64,000 nt of DNA, from the NCBI GenBank assembly GCA_963665775.2, contig CAXXTF010000001.1, positions 640,001 to 704,000 of the forward strand, in the 5' to 3' direction. The position numbers and the translations under genes were made by a program. Below, in pieces: positions 31,959 to 42,172 of this stretch. How positions within the stretch are numbered: position 1 is the stretch's first letter; every line of letters begins with the position of its first letter. The DNA comes from Dehalococcoidia bacterium. GTDB lineage: Bacteria; Chloroflexota; Dehalococcoidia; SM23-28-2; RBG-16-64-32. A model generated the notes under the pieces. That model saw nothing but the letters and a program-made list of their open reading frames with translations, ran no database searches and was not told where the DNA came from.

Positions 31959-32852
31959 TCATCGGCTGACCAGCGTGTCCCGGCGGTTATGCCACCACCG
32001 ATCGAAAGCGATAACCACCCCGGTGCCGACCGCCGTCAGAGCGACGGCGCCGACCGCCATCTGCACAAGGTCGCCGTCACTGAGGGATGACGGCGGCGGG
32101 AACGCGTCGAACCAGAGATAGTAGGCCGCCTGGCAGACCGGTAAGGTCAGCAAGAAGGCGATAGCGTGTCGGAAGAAGAACTCCTCGAACGCCGCCGAAC
32201 CTGTGTGGCGCCATCGCAGCCACGCCGCGGCCCCCATCCACGCCATCACGGCCGGCCCGAGGAACCACTGTTCGCCTTCGATGATGCCCACGGCACGCTC
32301 AACTCCATGGGCGACACCGAGGAACAGCGCCAGGTACGCGTTGCCGGTCCGTCCCGGCCGATCATAGATGAGGAACCAGCCCATCACGAAGAAAAGCGGG
32401 AAGAACTGGATGTAATGGGAGAGCCCTTCGTCGAGGAAGTACACCAGATTGTATACCGCCCCATCGGTGATCCCTTCTCGCTCCCGGGAGAGGACCTCAA
32501 TCGTGTCGGTGACGTGAACGCCTATACCGTAGAGGATGATCGCGATCGAGACGGTTCCGATGAACTGAAGCCGGTGGTGCTTCTTGAGGGCTTCGGGTTC
32601 CGTGGGCACGTCGCCGAACACGTCGGTGTTGACCTGATGCAGCGCGAGCCAGATCAAGGGGCCGTAGAAGATGATCTCCACCCACAGGTACGTGGGGATC
32701 CCCTGAATCCAGGTGTAAGGGATGAACTCGAGTCCGAGGATGTCCCCGAGGAAGTCGCGCAGGATCGCGGTGTAGAGGCGGGCAAACACGACAACGCTGA
32801 ACCAGAATACCGCCCGGGTCCGGATCTTGGTAATGCCCTCGCTGCTGCCCAC
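31959..32852 (-). CDS. Hypothetical multi-pass membrane protein
   Basis: About 8 hydrophobic segments with conserved-looking GIGVH, LDEGLSHY, AHGVE; follows EEP gene. Confidence 0.75.
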   Translation of the reverse strand: MGSSEGITKIRTRAVFWFSVVVFARLYTAILRDFLGDILGLEFIPYTWIQGIPTYLWVEIIFYGPLIWLALHQVNTDVFGDVPTEPEALKKHHRLQFIGTVSIAIILYGIGVHVTDTIEVLSREREGITDGAVYNLVYFLDEGLSHYIQFFPLFFVMGWFLIYDRPGRTGNAYLALFLGVAHGVERAVGIIEGEQWFLGPAVMAWMGAAAWLRWRHTGSAAFEEFFFRHAIAFLLTLPVCQAAYYLWFDAFPPPSSLSDGDLVQMAVGAVALTAVGTGVVIAFDRWWHNRRDTLVSR

Positions 32853-32859
32853 CGCTGAA

Positions 32860-33834
32860 TCATAAGCTGACGCGAGCCCAAGTGGGAAGATGGTCCGACA
32901 AGCTTCCCCAGACCCCGCGCGGGCCCACGCCCGATCCCGTGAAGCGAACGCCACGGCCGAATATCAGGTCGATCGCGAGGCCGGAGTCCGTGGTGACGCG
33001 CTCGTCCGGCGGGAGCGCCGCGTGCGCGTCCACGTAGCCAGCTTCGACGAGAGCTTTGGTAGTCGGCTCCCGCGATCCGTCTTCCCCCCGTAGCCCAAGG
33101 TAGCGACCGACGTTCATGTCGCCACCCATCACCACGCCACGGTCCAGCTCAGACGCGTCTTCAATCAGCTCCCTGGCCTGGGCCTCGCGATAGGCGTCTG
33201 GGCCACCGGATCCGTGGCCGCGATGGCCAGACTCGAAGTGGACCGAGTACACGCGGAGCATCCGTTCGCCGATGCGGACGTCAGCGGCTAGGGCGACGCG
33301 GCCGCCAAGGCGTGGCTCGCCAACGTGCAGGATGCGCTGCACGGCGCTGTGCCAGATCCGAGTGCGCTGGTGGCGGATCAGCCTAACGTTCCCAAGGGGG
33401 AAGCGGGAGATGATCGCGTTGCCGTGCTCGCAGCGGTGCCGGACGCTGCCGCCCGGCCCACAGAATCGCGGCAGCTCGATGAACTCGACGCCGTACACAT
33501 AGCACAGGCCGAGCGCCCGGGCGTACTCTCTGGCGACGTTCCGATTACCGCTGCGCGTGCAGCCGCGGTCAGCCTCGTTGATGAGGAGAACGTCTGGCGA
33601 CGGCATCCCGGCGTCGCCGCCGAAGGCACGCAGCTGATCGTCCAGCCGCAGGCCGCGCTCCACGTTGTAGGTGCAGAGAACGATCTCGTCCTTCGGGGCC
33701 GCGGGCTGGCGCCTGAACTTCGCCCCCTCGAGGCGGCAAGCGAGGTGAGTGGGGCCGCAGCTTCTGGTACAGAGCCGGTCGCGGTTCGGATCGGGCTCTT
33801 CTTGTTGCCAGGGGAACTCTTGCCACGACATCAC
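32860..33834 (-). CDS. Endonuclease/exonuclease/phosphatase family protein
   Basis: TYNVERG, LINEAD, GNAIISRFP, SVHFES, GGDMN, IDLIF, LSDHLP. Confidence 0.9.
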   Translation of the reverse strand: MMSWQEFPWQQEEPDPNRDRLCTRSCGPTHLACRLEGAKFRRQPAAPKDEIVLCTYNVERGLRLDDQLRAFGGDAGMPSPDVLLINEADRGCTRSGNRNVAREYARALGLCYVYGVEFIELPRFCGPGGSVRHRCEHGNAIISRFPLGNVRLIRHQRTRIWHSAVQRILHVGEPRLGGRVALAADVRIGERMLRVYSVHFESGHRGHGSGGPDAYREAQARELIEDASELDRGVVMGGDMNVGRYLGLRGEDGSREPTTKALVEAGYVDAHAALPPDERVTTDSGLAIDLIFGRGVRFTGSGVGPRGVWGSLSDHLPTWARVSL

Positions 33835-34285
33835 TGACCTGCGCTATGAACGCTACCACACGCTATGTTGGTGGGCCATGGCCGTAGCCTCGAGGGGTGG
33901 CGTGGCGGGCCCAGGCGATGGCCCAGGTATCCGCGTGTACGGCGGTACCGGGGCGAAGCGGGATGGCGCCGGTAGCCTTCGGAAGTCAGGCACGTTGCTG
34001 GGCCTGTGCCTTCCTGTGGGTGTACTATTCCATTAGCACCTTGACGGATGAGCTTCAGGGCACCTTGCCGGACGGCGTTATCCAACGAAACCGTGTCGTG
34101 GCCTCTGATGCTCTCAGCACCGAGCATCTGGCTCCAACGCTGATGTACGTCAAGGCGTAGAAAGGCCTTCTACAGCTTGAGGTCCGAGACGACGCAGAGT
34201 CACGTAAGGCATTGCGGGGCTGTTGAATGATCGCTATGAGAAGCCCCAGTTCGGCCCGTGAGCCTTCTGGCCAGGAGAGCATGCG

Positions 34286-35098
34286 GTGACACAGACGAGT
34301 CCCTCCTTTTCCTTCGACCGGTTTGCGCGCCAACGCTTCTATACGGCGGCCAACCAGAGGCTCTTGGACCTGGTCTCACTGGGCAGCGGACAGACCGTGG
34401 TCGACCTGGGCTGCGGGACCGGCGCCGTCACACGGCTGATGCTGTCGAATGTGGATGGATTGGTCGTTGTCGCTGCTGATCCCTCCGCCGAAATGCTGGA
34501 GGAAGCCAAGACAAACCTGTCCGACGTGGCCGCTAAGGTCATCTTCGTACGCGCGGGAGCCGAGAATCTTTCCGGGTACCTTTCTACCAAAGTCGATGCC
34601 CTGGTCTTCTGCAATGCTATCCACCTGATTAGCGACAAGGCAGTGGTAGTGAGGGAGATCTCCAAGGTCTTGGGGCCTGGCGGTCGCTTCGCCTTTAACA
34701 CTACTTTCTTCGAGGGTGCCTTACCGGCCCCGTCGCTGGCGTTCTACAAGAAGATTATGCTGAAGAGCGTTAGAATACTCAGGAAGGATTACGGTGTGAC
34801 GCACAAGCGGGGAGAAAGGACAGAGGCAAGGCAGTTCCTTACGCCGGACGAGTACCAGGAGCTCCTTCTTAGATACAACTTCCGGATACTGCACCAAGAA
34901 GTGGTGGAGATGCAAATGTCCTTGGAGGCCGTGCGGGCCATATTGGAGTTCGACGAATTCATAGCGGGCGCCCTGCCCGGGGTCCCCGTGGCTCTTGGAA
35001 GCGCGGCGATGAAGACGGCGGCTGCTGAGGCCTTCGACGATTTACGCATGCAGTGGCTGCCTCGTAACTGGCTTCAGATCGTGGCCGAGAAGGGTTAG
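34286..35098 (+). CDS. Class I SAM-dependent methyltransferase
   Basis: VVDLGCGTG, ADPSAEML, VLGPGGRF. Confidence 0.9.
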   Translation: MTQTSPSFSFDRFARQRFYTAANQRLLDLVSLGSGQTVVDLGCGTGAVTRLMLSNVDGLVVVAADPSAEMLEEAKTNLSDVAAKVIFVRAGAENLSGYLSTKVDALVFCNAIHLISDKAVVVREISKVLGPGGRFAFNTTFFEGALPAPSLAFYKKIMLKSVRILRKDYGVTHKRGERTEARQFLTPDEYQELLLRYNFRILHQEVVEMQMSLEAVRAILEFDEFIAGALPGVPVALGSAAMKTAAAEAFDDLRMQWLPRNWLQIVAEKG

Positions 35099-35321
35099 GC
35101 TGTAGATGACGCTGCTGTCGCGTTTCTGGTTATGGGGTGGCACGATCCCGTTCTGTGGGGGCCATAGGCAACGAGCTGTTGGGGGTACTCCAGTGGCCTC
35201 GTGCTCGCCGGCCAGATCCGCATGGTCAAAGACCGTACTCTTGTCAGGTGCTCGTCGAAAGCATAGCATTGCCCCGCGCACTAACCTCCGCTCAGGCGGC
35301 TGCTAGAGGACCTAGGATTAG

Positions 35322-36410
35322 ATGCGGAATATAGGACAAGAACTCCTGCTGAGCACTCCAAACAAAACGCTGGGGAGCGAACCGGCTCAACCTTACCAAG
35401 CAGGGCCTACAATGCGCCTGAGCGAAAATGATTACGCGGAGTTGAAGCAGCTCATTAATCAGAAGGGGTTGCTGCACAAGCAGCCTGCTTACTACACCGG
35501 CCAAATTTTGCTGATTCTGAGTCTGCTGGCTCTCAGCCTGACCTTTGTGGTCCTCGTGGACACCCTCTGGCTACAGCTCCTGAATGCCGCATTTCTCGCC
35601 TTTGTGTTCGGCCAGATAGGCTTCGTCGGCCACGATGCGGGCCATCGACAGATTTTCCACGCGACCGGGAAGAATGACATCACCGGCCTAGCGGTGGGTC
35701 TCTTGCTCGGCACGAGCCGAAGCTGGTGGATAGACAAGCACAACCGGCATCACGGCAATCCCAATCAGCTCGATGTCGATCCCGACATTTCGATCCCCGT
35801 CCTGGCCTTCTCCGAGGAGCAGGCCAGGACGAAACGGGGGGTGTTGCGGTTTGTCGTGAGATTCCAGGCCTATCTGTTCTTTCCGCTGCTGGCGCTGGAA
35901 GGGCTGGGTCTGCGGCTCGCTAGCATTCAATTTATGGCTCGGATCAGAGCGAGGTACATCCTGCCGGAACTGTTCCTTGCGACGGTCCACTTCGTGCTGT
36001 ACTTTGGATTCCTCTTCTCCGTACTGGGAGTCTGGCAGGCAACCGCGTTCATCATCGTCCACCAAGCGCTCTTCGGCCTCTATGTGGGCTCCACCTTTGC
36101 CCCCAACCACAAAGGCATGCCCCTCCTGGACAAGGGGAACCAACTGGACTTCCTGCGCCGGCAGGTGCTGACCTCCCGAAACGTTAAAGCGAACCCTCTC
36201 AGCGACTTCTGGTACGGCGGACTCAACTACCAGATCGAGCATCACCTGTTCCCGAACATGCCCCGCAACAAACTGCGAGATGCGCAAGAGATCGTCAAGC
36301 CATTTTGTCAAGCCCGTTCTGTATCGTACTGCGAGACGAGCATGCTTCAGTCATACAGGGAGGTGCTGCGGTATCTGCATCAGGTTGGTGCTCAGGGAGG
36401 ACTGGCATAG
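35322..36410 (+). CDS. Membrane fatty acid desaturase (paralogue of 13608..14735)
   Basis: HDAGH, HNRHH, QIEHH boxes. Confidence 0.93.
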   Translation: MRNIGQELLLSTPNKTLGSEPAQPYQAGPTMRLSENDYAELKQLINQKGLLHKQPAYYTGQILLILSLLALSLTFVVLVDTLWLQLLNAAFLAFVFGQIGFVGHDAGHRQIFHATGKNDITGLAVGLLLGTSRSWWIDKHNRHHGNPNQLDVDPDISIPVLAFSEEQARTKRGVLRFVVRFQAYLFFPLLALEGLGLRLASIQFMARIRARYILPELFLATVHFVLYFGFLFSVLGVWQATAFIIVHQALFGLYVGSTFAPNHKGMPLLDKGNQLDFLRRQVLTSRNVKANPLSDFWYGGLNYQIEHHLFPNMPRNKLRDAQEIVKPFCQARSVSYCETSMLQSYREVLRYLHQVGAQGGLA

Positions 36411-36565
36411 AGGCCATCGCGCAGCCGCTGGGCGATGGTGCCCTTCGGCCCGGTAGTCGCGGAAGACCTGGACTTCGATGCCGGGCCCGAGCACGCTCCA
36501 GTCCGCCATCTCCCGGGCGCAACCCTTGTAGCCGGTAGTCGTTGAGGATCGCGGCCCGTACCGGA

Positions 36566-37765
36566 CTAGGTAACCCCCCTTGCCCGAAGGTCTGCGATCT
36601 GCTGGGCGCTGTAACCGAACTCCTCCAACACCTCGTCGGTGTGTTCGCCCTGGTCCGGCGCCGGCCGCTTGATCTCGAACGGGTCTCCCTTCACCTTGAT
36701 GGCGTTGGCGGTCATCACCAGCTTTCCGGCCTTCGGGTGGTGCTGTTCGACGATCATCCCCCGCGCCTTCAGGTACTCGCTGTTGTGATAGTCGTTCGGG
36801 TTCGTGTAGGGGGCCCCGGCGAGGCGCTTCTCGTTGAAGATCTTCGTCCACTCCGTCTGGGTCTTCGTCTTCATGATCGGGATGATCTCCTTCCGCAGCG
36901 CCTGCGCGTCCTCGGGCGAGCTGTCGCGGCCGATGCGCGTCGTCTCCCAGTCGCCGCGGCCCTTCAGGTCGGACCGCCCGATCGCGTCGCAGAACCCTTC
37001 CCACAGGTGCCGCTCGGTCGCCGCCACCAGCATAAACTTGCCGTCCTTGGTCTCGTAGTACGTGTACTTCGAGGAGGTCGGCTCCTCCGGCGGCTCGTCG
37101 GTGTAGGTGCCGCCGTTAAGGGCGCTCAGGATCTCCTGACTGAACGCCATGAACGCCCCATCCGCGCAGGCTATGTCGATGTAGCAGCCCTTCCCCGTCA
37201 TCTGCGCTTGAAACAGCCCGCTGACGATCCCGAGCGCCGCCAGCCAGGGCCCGTTGGTAACGCCCGGGTGGGGGTACGGGCGCCACTGGAAATAGCCACC
37301 GTCGGTCGCCTTCATGGGCGTCGCCACGCCCGCCAGCGCATCGAAGGCGCCGCCATGGCTGGCCAGCCCGGTGAGGGGGCCGTCCTGCCCGAAGCCGCTC
37401 ACGGAGCAGTACACGATCTTCGGGTTGATGGCGCTCAGTTCCTCGTAGCTCAGCCCGTACTTCGTGATCGCGCCCGGACGGCTCCCCTCGACGAAGACGT
37501 GAGAAGTCTTGACGAGGTCGCGGATCAACTCCTGGCCTTCCTTGCGCTTGAAATCGATCGTGATGCTGCGCTTGCCGCGGTTGAGCCAGACGAAGTTCGC
37601 GCTCATCGTGCTCCGGTCGACACCGCGGAAGTAGTCGCCGAGCGAGGGTGGAGGCGTTTCGATCTTGATGACGTCCGCGCCGAGGTCGGCGAGCATCATC
37701 GTCGTGTGGGGGCCGGGGATGAGCCAGGAGACGTCGAGTACGCGGACGCCCTGTAAGAGCTTCAT
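36566..37765 (-). CDS. CaiB/BaiF family III CoA-transferase
   Basis: LADLGADVIKIE, LNRGKRSITID, SVSGFGQDGP; AGGAGG RBS. Confidence 0.9.
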   Translation of the reverse strand: MKLLQGVRVLDVSWLIPGPHTTMMLADLGADVIKIETPPPSLGDYFRGVDRSTMSANFVWLNRGKRSITIDFKRKEGQELIRDLVKTSHVFVEGSRPGAITKYGLSYEELSAINPKIVYCSVSGFGQDGPLTGLASHGGAFDALAGVATPMKATDGGYFQWRPYPHPGVTNGPWLAALGIVSGLFQAQMTGKGCYIDIACADGAFMAFSQEILSALNGGTYTDEPPEEPTSSKYTYYETKDGKFMLVAATERHLWEGFCDAIGRSDLKGRGDWETTRIGRDSSPEDAQALRKEIIPIMKTKTQTEWTKIFNEKRLAGAPYTNPNDYHNSEYLKARGMIVEQHHPKAGKLVMTANAIKVKGDPFEIKRPAPDQGEHTDEVLEEFGYSAQQIADLRARGVT

Positions 37766-37837
37766 CAGGTTGTTCCTCCTTAGTGACTTGTGGCCGCTTT
37801 CAGCCGGACCATTAGCATTCCAAAGCCCGGTACGCAC

Positions 37838-40177
37838 CTACCTCAGCATGAGGGGTTTTCGGGCTTCCTCACTCCAGTTCACGATCCCCATCTCCTTCAG
37901 CTTCGCGATGCGCGGAGCGTCGAAACCGATTTCGGCGAGAAGCGCGCGTGTACTGGCCCCCATCGATTCAGGCACGTCCAATTTCCCGGATGTCCCCGAG
38001 AGGTTGATGGCGGCACCGCACTGTTCAACGCGACCTACACCAGGCTGTTCGAACTCGATGATGAACTGGTCCTGTCCGCCATCAGCATCCTCAAACAGGA
38101 AGTCCCACCATGTGCGGTCGGCTCGTGCGCAGGCCACGCCCCGGGCCTGGAGCGTCATTTCCCAGTCAGCCGCATGCCGCTGCATGAACAACGGCTCCAG
38201 CAGCCGGACCAGGACCTCATTGGATGCCCTGCGGTCTTGTTCCGTGCGGAAACGGACATCGCCGCGCCATTCCGGGTGGCCTACCACATCCGTGAAGGCC
38301 GCCCACTCATCGTCGGTAAGACACGCGAGGAATACCCAGCTTCCCCCGGACGACCGATACAGCCGGTAGAGGGCATGCAGGCCGTACTGGCCGCTGTCGG
38401 GCAGGGGACGCTCCGGCTTCCCCTCGTACCGTATGAAATCGTCGGAGTTGAGATAGGCGGAGCTGACAAGCATCGTTGTTTCGACGTTCTGCGCCTTGCC
38501 GCTGATCTCACGTGCCCTGAGGCCCAGCAGGGCGCCCACCGCAACACCGAGGAGGGCACTGTGATCGCCCGTGCGGCGATCCTGTGGTGGGTTTCCAAGC
38601 CCTGCTTGCAGTATCTCGCCGCCCGCCATTGCAGACACCACCGGGTCAAAGGTCGGACGGTGCGCGTCCGGGCCGCTGGAGCCAAAGGAGGCGGCGTAGA
38701 GATAGATGATGCGGGGGTTGACCTCAACGACGGTCGCAAAATCGATCCCCAGCCGTTCCGGCACACCGGGCCGGAAGTTATGTACCAGGATGTCCGCTTT
38801 CGCGACCAGTTTATGGACGATATCCTGCCTTTCCGGGGTCTTCAGATCCACAGCGACACGTTCCTTGCCGCGATTAATTCGGAAAAAGAGCTCGCCCGGG
38901 TTGCGTCCCATCGGGTCGCCGTCGGGCGGCTCAATCTTGATGACCCGCGCTCCCAGGTCCGAGAGGATGCCTGGCCCCCCAGGAGCGGCCGCATACAGGG
39001 AGAAATCAAGAATGGTCACGTCCTGCAACGGCCCGGCCGGTAGCGTGGACTGGCCGGAGTTCGTGGCGGCACTCGTATTGCGCGGCCTGCGGTCCCCACT
39101 CGGCGAACGCAACACCTGCTCGGTGTGCTGACCCACCAGCGGCGCCGGACCTGGCCAGCGCCACTCACCGTCAAGGAACTGGGCGATAGGCCCGACCTGT
39201 TTCATTGGCCCTACATTGTGATCGAGCACGTCCACCACGTGCTTGTTGTGGGCCACCTGCGGATAGTCCATGAATTCCTGCGTCGTCATGAAGGTGGCAT
39301 AGACTACGTCCTGCTCCTCGAAGATCTCGATCCACTCCGCGAGCGGGCGTTTCTTGTACGCCGCGTCGATGAGCGCATTGAGCTTATCGCGATCGCCGGG
39401 GTGCTCGATTTCGAGTGCCCGAAGCATATGGTCGAGGAAGTGCCAGGCGTTCCCGGACTGGATCCACTTTCCATCGGCGCACTCCGCGATCCGGTAGCCG
39501 GCGCCATTTCGGGGGTCGCGCCCCTGAGCTGAGGACCGCAATTGCGCCGACAGCTCTGGCGTTTCGCCCCGAATGCCGCCGTACGAGTAAACGAAGTTGG
39601 CTTGGACAAGCGATGTCTCAACCTTCTGCCCGAGGCCGGTCCTGTCCCGTGCCTGTAGGGCGGAGAGGACGCCGATCAGGCCAAGCATGGCCGCCCCGTA
39701 GCTGCACTTGGGCATTGCGTCGTAAATGGGGCCGTCGTTGCGATAGCCACTTCGCATGGCATGCTGTCCGCACTTCGCAGCCACGACGCCCTCGGAGGCC
39801 TTGTAGTGGCTGTACCTTCCGGACTGGCCGAATCCAGTGATGGAGAGGTAAATGAGGCCGCGATTCGCTTCGGCCAGCTCCTCATACGCGATCCCCAGCC
39901 GAGACGCTACACCCGGCCGAAAGTTCTCGATCACGATATCGCAGTCCGCCGCCAATGCCCGCGACAAGCGCCGATGTTCCTCCGTCCTCAGGTCGAGGGC
40001 GACACCCAGTTTCCCCCGATTCCACTGGAGAAACGCAGGCATGGCGCGAAAGCGCTCACCATCCGGTGGCTCCACCTTGATGACTTCGGCTCCGTAATCG
40101 GCGAGAACCATGCCGGGTATTGCTCCGTACCCCTGTCCGAAGGCCAATACGCGCAACCCAGCACAGGCCTGGGCCAT
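37838..40177 (-). CDS. Tandem two-domain CaiB/BaiF CoA-transferase
   Basis: Two LAD/LSDxGAxVIK.EPPDG...NRGK...NFRPGV repeats. Confidence 0.9.
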   Translation of the reverse strand: MAQACAGLRVLAFGQGYGAIPGMVLADYGAEVIKVEPPDGERFRAMPAFLQWNRGKLGVALDLRTEEHRRLSRALAADCDIVIENFRPGVASRLGIAYEELAEANRGLIYLSITGFGQSGRYSHYKASEGVVAAKCGQHAMRSGYRNDGPIYDAMPKCSYGAAMLGLIGVLSALQARDRTGLGQKVETSLVQANFVYSYGGIRGETPELSAQLRSSAQGRDPRNGAGYRIAECADGKWIQSGNAWHFLDHMLRALEIEHPGDRDKLNALIDAAYKKRPLAEWIEIFEEQDVVYATFMTTQEFMDYPQVAHNKHVVDVLDHNVGPMKQVGPIAQFLDGEWRWPGPAPLVGQHTEQVLRSPSGDRRPRNTSAATNSGQSTLPAGPLQDVTILDFSLYAAAPGGPGILSDLGARVIKIEPPDGDPMGRNPGELFFRINRGKERVAVDLKTPERQDIVHKLVAKADILVHNFRPGVPERLGIDFATVVEVNPRIIYLYAASFGSSGPDAHRPTFDPVVSAMAGGEILQAGLGNPPQDRRTGDHSALLGVAVGALLGLRAREISGKAQNVETTMLVSSAYLNSDDFIRYEGKPERPLPDSGQYGLHALYRLYRSSGGSWVFLACLTDDEWAAFTDVVGHPEWRGDVRFRTEQDRRASNEVLVRLLEPLFMQRHAADWEMTLQARGVACARADRTWWDFLFEDADGGQDQFIIEFEQPGVGRVEQCGAAINLSGTSGKLDVPESMGASTRALLAEIGFDAPRIAKLKEMGIVNWSEEARKPLMLR

Positions 40178-40278
40178 GGCTAAATCCTCACGTCCCCACA
40201 CCGCCTTGTGCTAGCCAACATGCCTCTCTGCAATCTCGTTGTAATCACTTGGCGATTCCCGTCTGGAGCGTCTTCGCG

Positions 40279-40314
40279 CCCGCTTCCGCGCTCCTACCCG
40301 CTTCCGCGCTACTA
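40279..40314. repeat. 18-bp tandem duplication
   Basis: CCCGCTTCCGCGCTCCTA / CCCGCTTCCGCGCTACTA. Confidence 0.8.
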
Positions 40315-40420
40315 CCGTTCCTAATGCAGCGGGCCGTTTAATGCGATACCTCCTGTTTCAACCGAGATTCCCCATATCAAGCTTGGCCTGGCCCATCACC
40401 GGCGCTACTCGACGGTCGAA

Positions 40421-40449
40421 CATTACTACGGGCGAGATGGGCTGTCAAT
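40421..40449 (-). promoter_or_regulatory. Sigma70-type promoter of CoA-transferase operon
   Basis: Minus strand TTGACA-17-TAATGT. Confidence 0.55.
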
Positions 40450-40763
40450 CAAGCTTCCTCCCCCGGTATTCTCTGCTCTTCCTTGGCAGCCATTGACGCG
40501 CTACTTCTTCTCTGAACACCCCCAGCGCCATTCCTAGAGCCAAGAATGGCCGCTCCCGGTCGTGCACACGCTCGGCCATCTCATCGGCCTCGTTGTGCAG
40601 CTGGCGTACGCTTGCGGCGGCTGACCGTGACGCCCCGCGGCTGGGCGCGCCGAGACCGCGCTACTTTGCTGGCGACGCTGCGAAGTCGTTGCGCATCGAA
40701 CCGAAGCTGGGCGGCAAGATAGTGGAGAATAGGCCCCGAATAGGTTGACGACATACACTTAAG

Positions 40764-40804
40764 AGGGAGCTTGGTTGACACCTCGTGTCGTCAATGGTAA
40801 TCTT
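40764..40804 (+). promoter_or_regulatory. Sigma70-type promoter, near-duplicate of 30431..30470
   Basis: TTGACA-17-TAATCT with internal dyad GACAC-ctc-GTGTC. Confidence 0.65.
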
Positions 40805-40855
40805 CAGCACCAGGGCAAAATTGAAACGGAAAATCCCGGGTGAAGGAGGAGATCG

Positions 40856-42061
40856 ATGCGCAACTATCAGTTAGTGTCTGCCGATTCCCATTTGGAGGCG
40901 CCGCCTGTGTGGGCGGAGAGGCTGCCCAAGGACCTACGGGACAAAGGTCCGCGCATGGTGGAGCTAGAAGACGGTGATGGGGTAGTGCTGGGCGACGGTG
41001 ATCCCGTCCCTATCACTGGATTGGCATTGACTGCCGGCCAGAAGTACGCCGAGATCAGACCGCGCGGCCGTAAATACAGTGAAGAACCAGGCGCCGGCGT
41101 CAACCCACAGCAGCGGGTGGCCGAGCAGGACAAGGACGGGGTTGACGCGGAGAACCTCTTCCCCGCTGTGGCGACTATCCTGACCCAGATGAAGGACCCC
41201 CGCCTCGTGCGCGAGTCGGCGCGGGCCTACAACGACTGGCTATCGGATTACTGCTCTTACGCCCCCGACCGGCTCTTCGGCCTCGCGATAATGCCCTTCA
41301 CCGGCGTCGACGATGCCACCGCCGAGCTGCGCCGCGTGGCCGGGAAGACCGGTATCCGAGGCGCCTGGCTCCTAAGGTTCCCCTCTGGGGAGGAGTGGGC
41401 AACGGCGGAGGACGACAAGTTCTGGGCCGCAGCTGCTGAGGTCGGGATCACGGTGACACCCCACCACAACTTTGGCGGCCGGGACCTCGTTGCAGGTCAA
41501 CTCGCGGGCGAGCCCGGCGAGAAACGGCTCCTCGGGCTTATGACCTGCGACATGATGGTGCCCACCATACCCCTTACCACCATCTTGCAGCTCATGCTCA
41601 CCGGCGTGCTGGACCGGCACCCGAAGCTTCGATTCTTCTTTGCCGAGGCGGGCATCGGCTGGATACCCTACTGGTTGGAGCAGATGGACGACCGCCATGA
41701 CCGCCACCAAACCTGGTGCGAAGTGGAGCTGCCGCGGCGGCCCAGCCAGTACGTCCGTGAGCATTGCGCCTTTTCCTTCCAGGAAGACCATGCCGGTGTC
41801 ACCTTGCGCGACCAGATGATCGACAACATCTGCTGGGCCAGCGACTTCCCCCACTCCGTGGGCGATTGGCCATATTCAGGGGAGACGGCGGCTCGCCAGT
41901 TCAGGGGAGTGCCTGACTACGAGCGGCGGAAGATTCAAGCGCTGAACATAACGGAGTGGCTAAGGGTCATCACACCCCAGGAAAAGGAGGAGATGGCCCG
42001 ACAGCCGGTGATGGACAAGGCGCCCGCTGAGCTGCTGGCCCGCGGGTCCCGGCGGATCTAA
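40856..42061 (+). CDS. Amidohydrolase_2 family protein
   Basis: VSADSHLE, YNDWLSDYC, AEAGIGWIPY, WASDFPH. Confidence 0.92.
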   Translation: MRNYQLVSADSHLEAPPVWAERLPKDLRDKGPRMVELEDGDGVVLGDGDPVPITGLALTAGQKYAEIRPRGRKYSEEPGAGVNPQQRVAEQDKDGVDAENLFPAVATILTQMKDPRLVRESARAYNDWLSDYCSYAPDRLFGLAIMPFTGVDDATAELRRVAGKTGIRGAWLLRFPSGEEWATAEDDKFWAAAAEVGITVTPHHNFGGRDLVAGQLAGEPGEKRLLGLMTCDMMVPTIPLTTILQLMLTGVLDRHPKLRFFFAEAGIGWIPYWLEQMDDRHDRHQTWCEVELPRRPSQYVREHCAFSFQEDHAGVTLRDQMIDNICWASDFPHSVGDWPYSGETAARQFRGVPDYERRKIQALNITEWLRVITPQEKEEMARQPVMDKAPAELLARGSRRI

Positions 42062-42091
42062 CCGCAGAGGAGGGGGCCCTGTCGCCGGCGC

Positions 42092-42164
42092 GCCCGACGG
42101 TGAGAAGATCGCGTTTACTTCCGGCCGGGATGGCAACGAAGAGATATACGTCGTAGATGTCGAA
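42092..42164 (+). pseudogene. TolB/PD40 repeat fragment
   Basis: APDGEKIAFTSGRDGNEEIYVVDV. Confidence 0.65.
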
Positions 42165-42172
42165 TACAGACC

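Noticed and set aside
14886-35197. Shared motif upstream of both desaturases (CCAYAGGCAA-14-TAY.C..GTGGC at 14886-14920 minus and 35161-35197 plus)
   Set aside because: Similarity is weak and the first copy overlaps an IS end, so it may be coincidental
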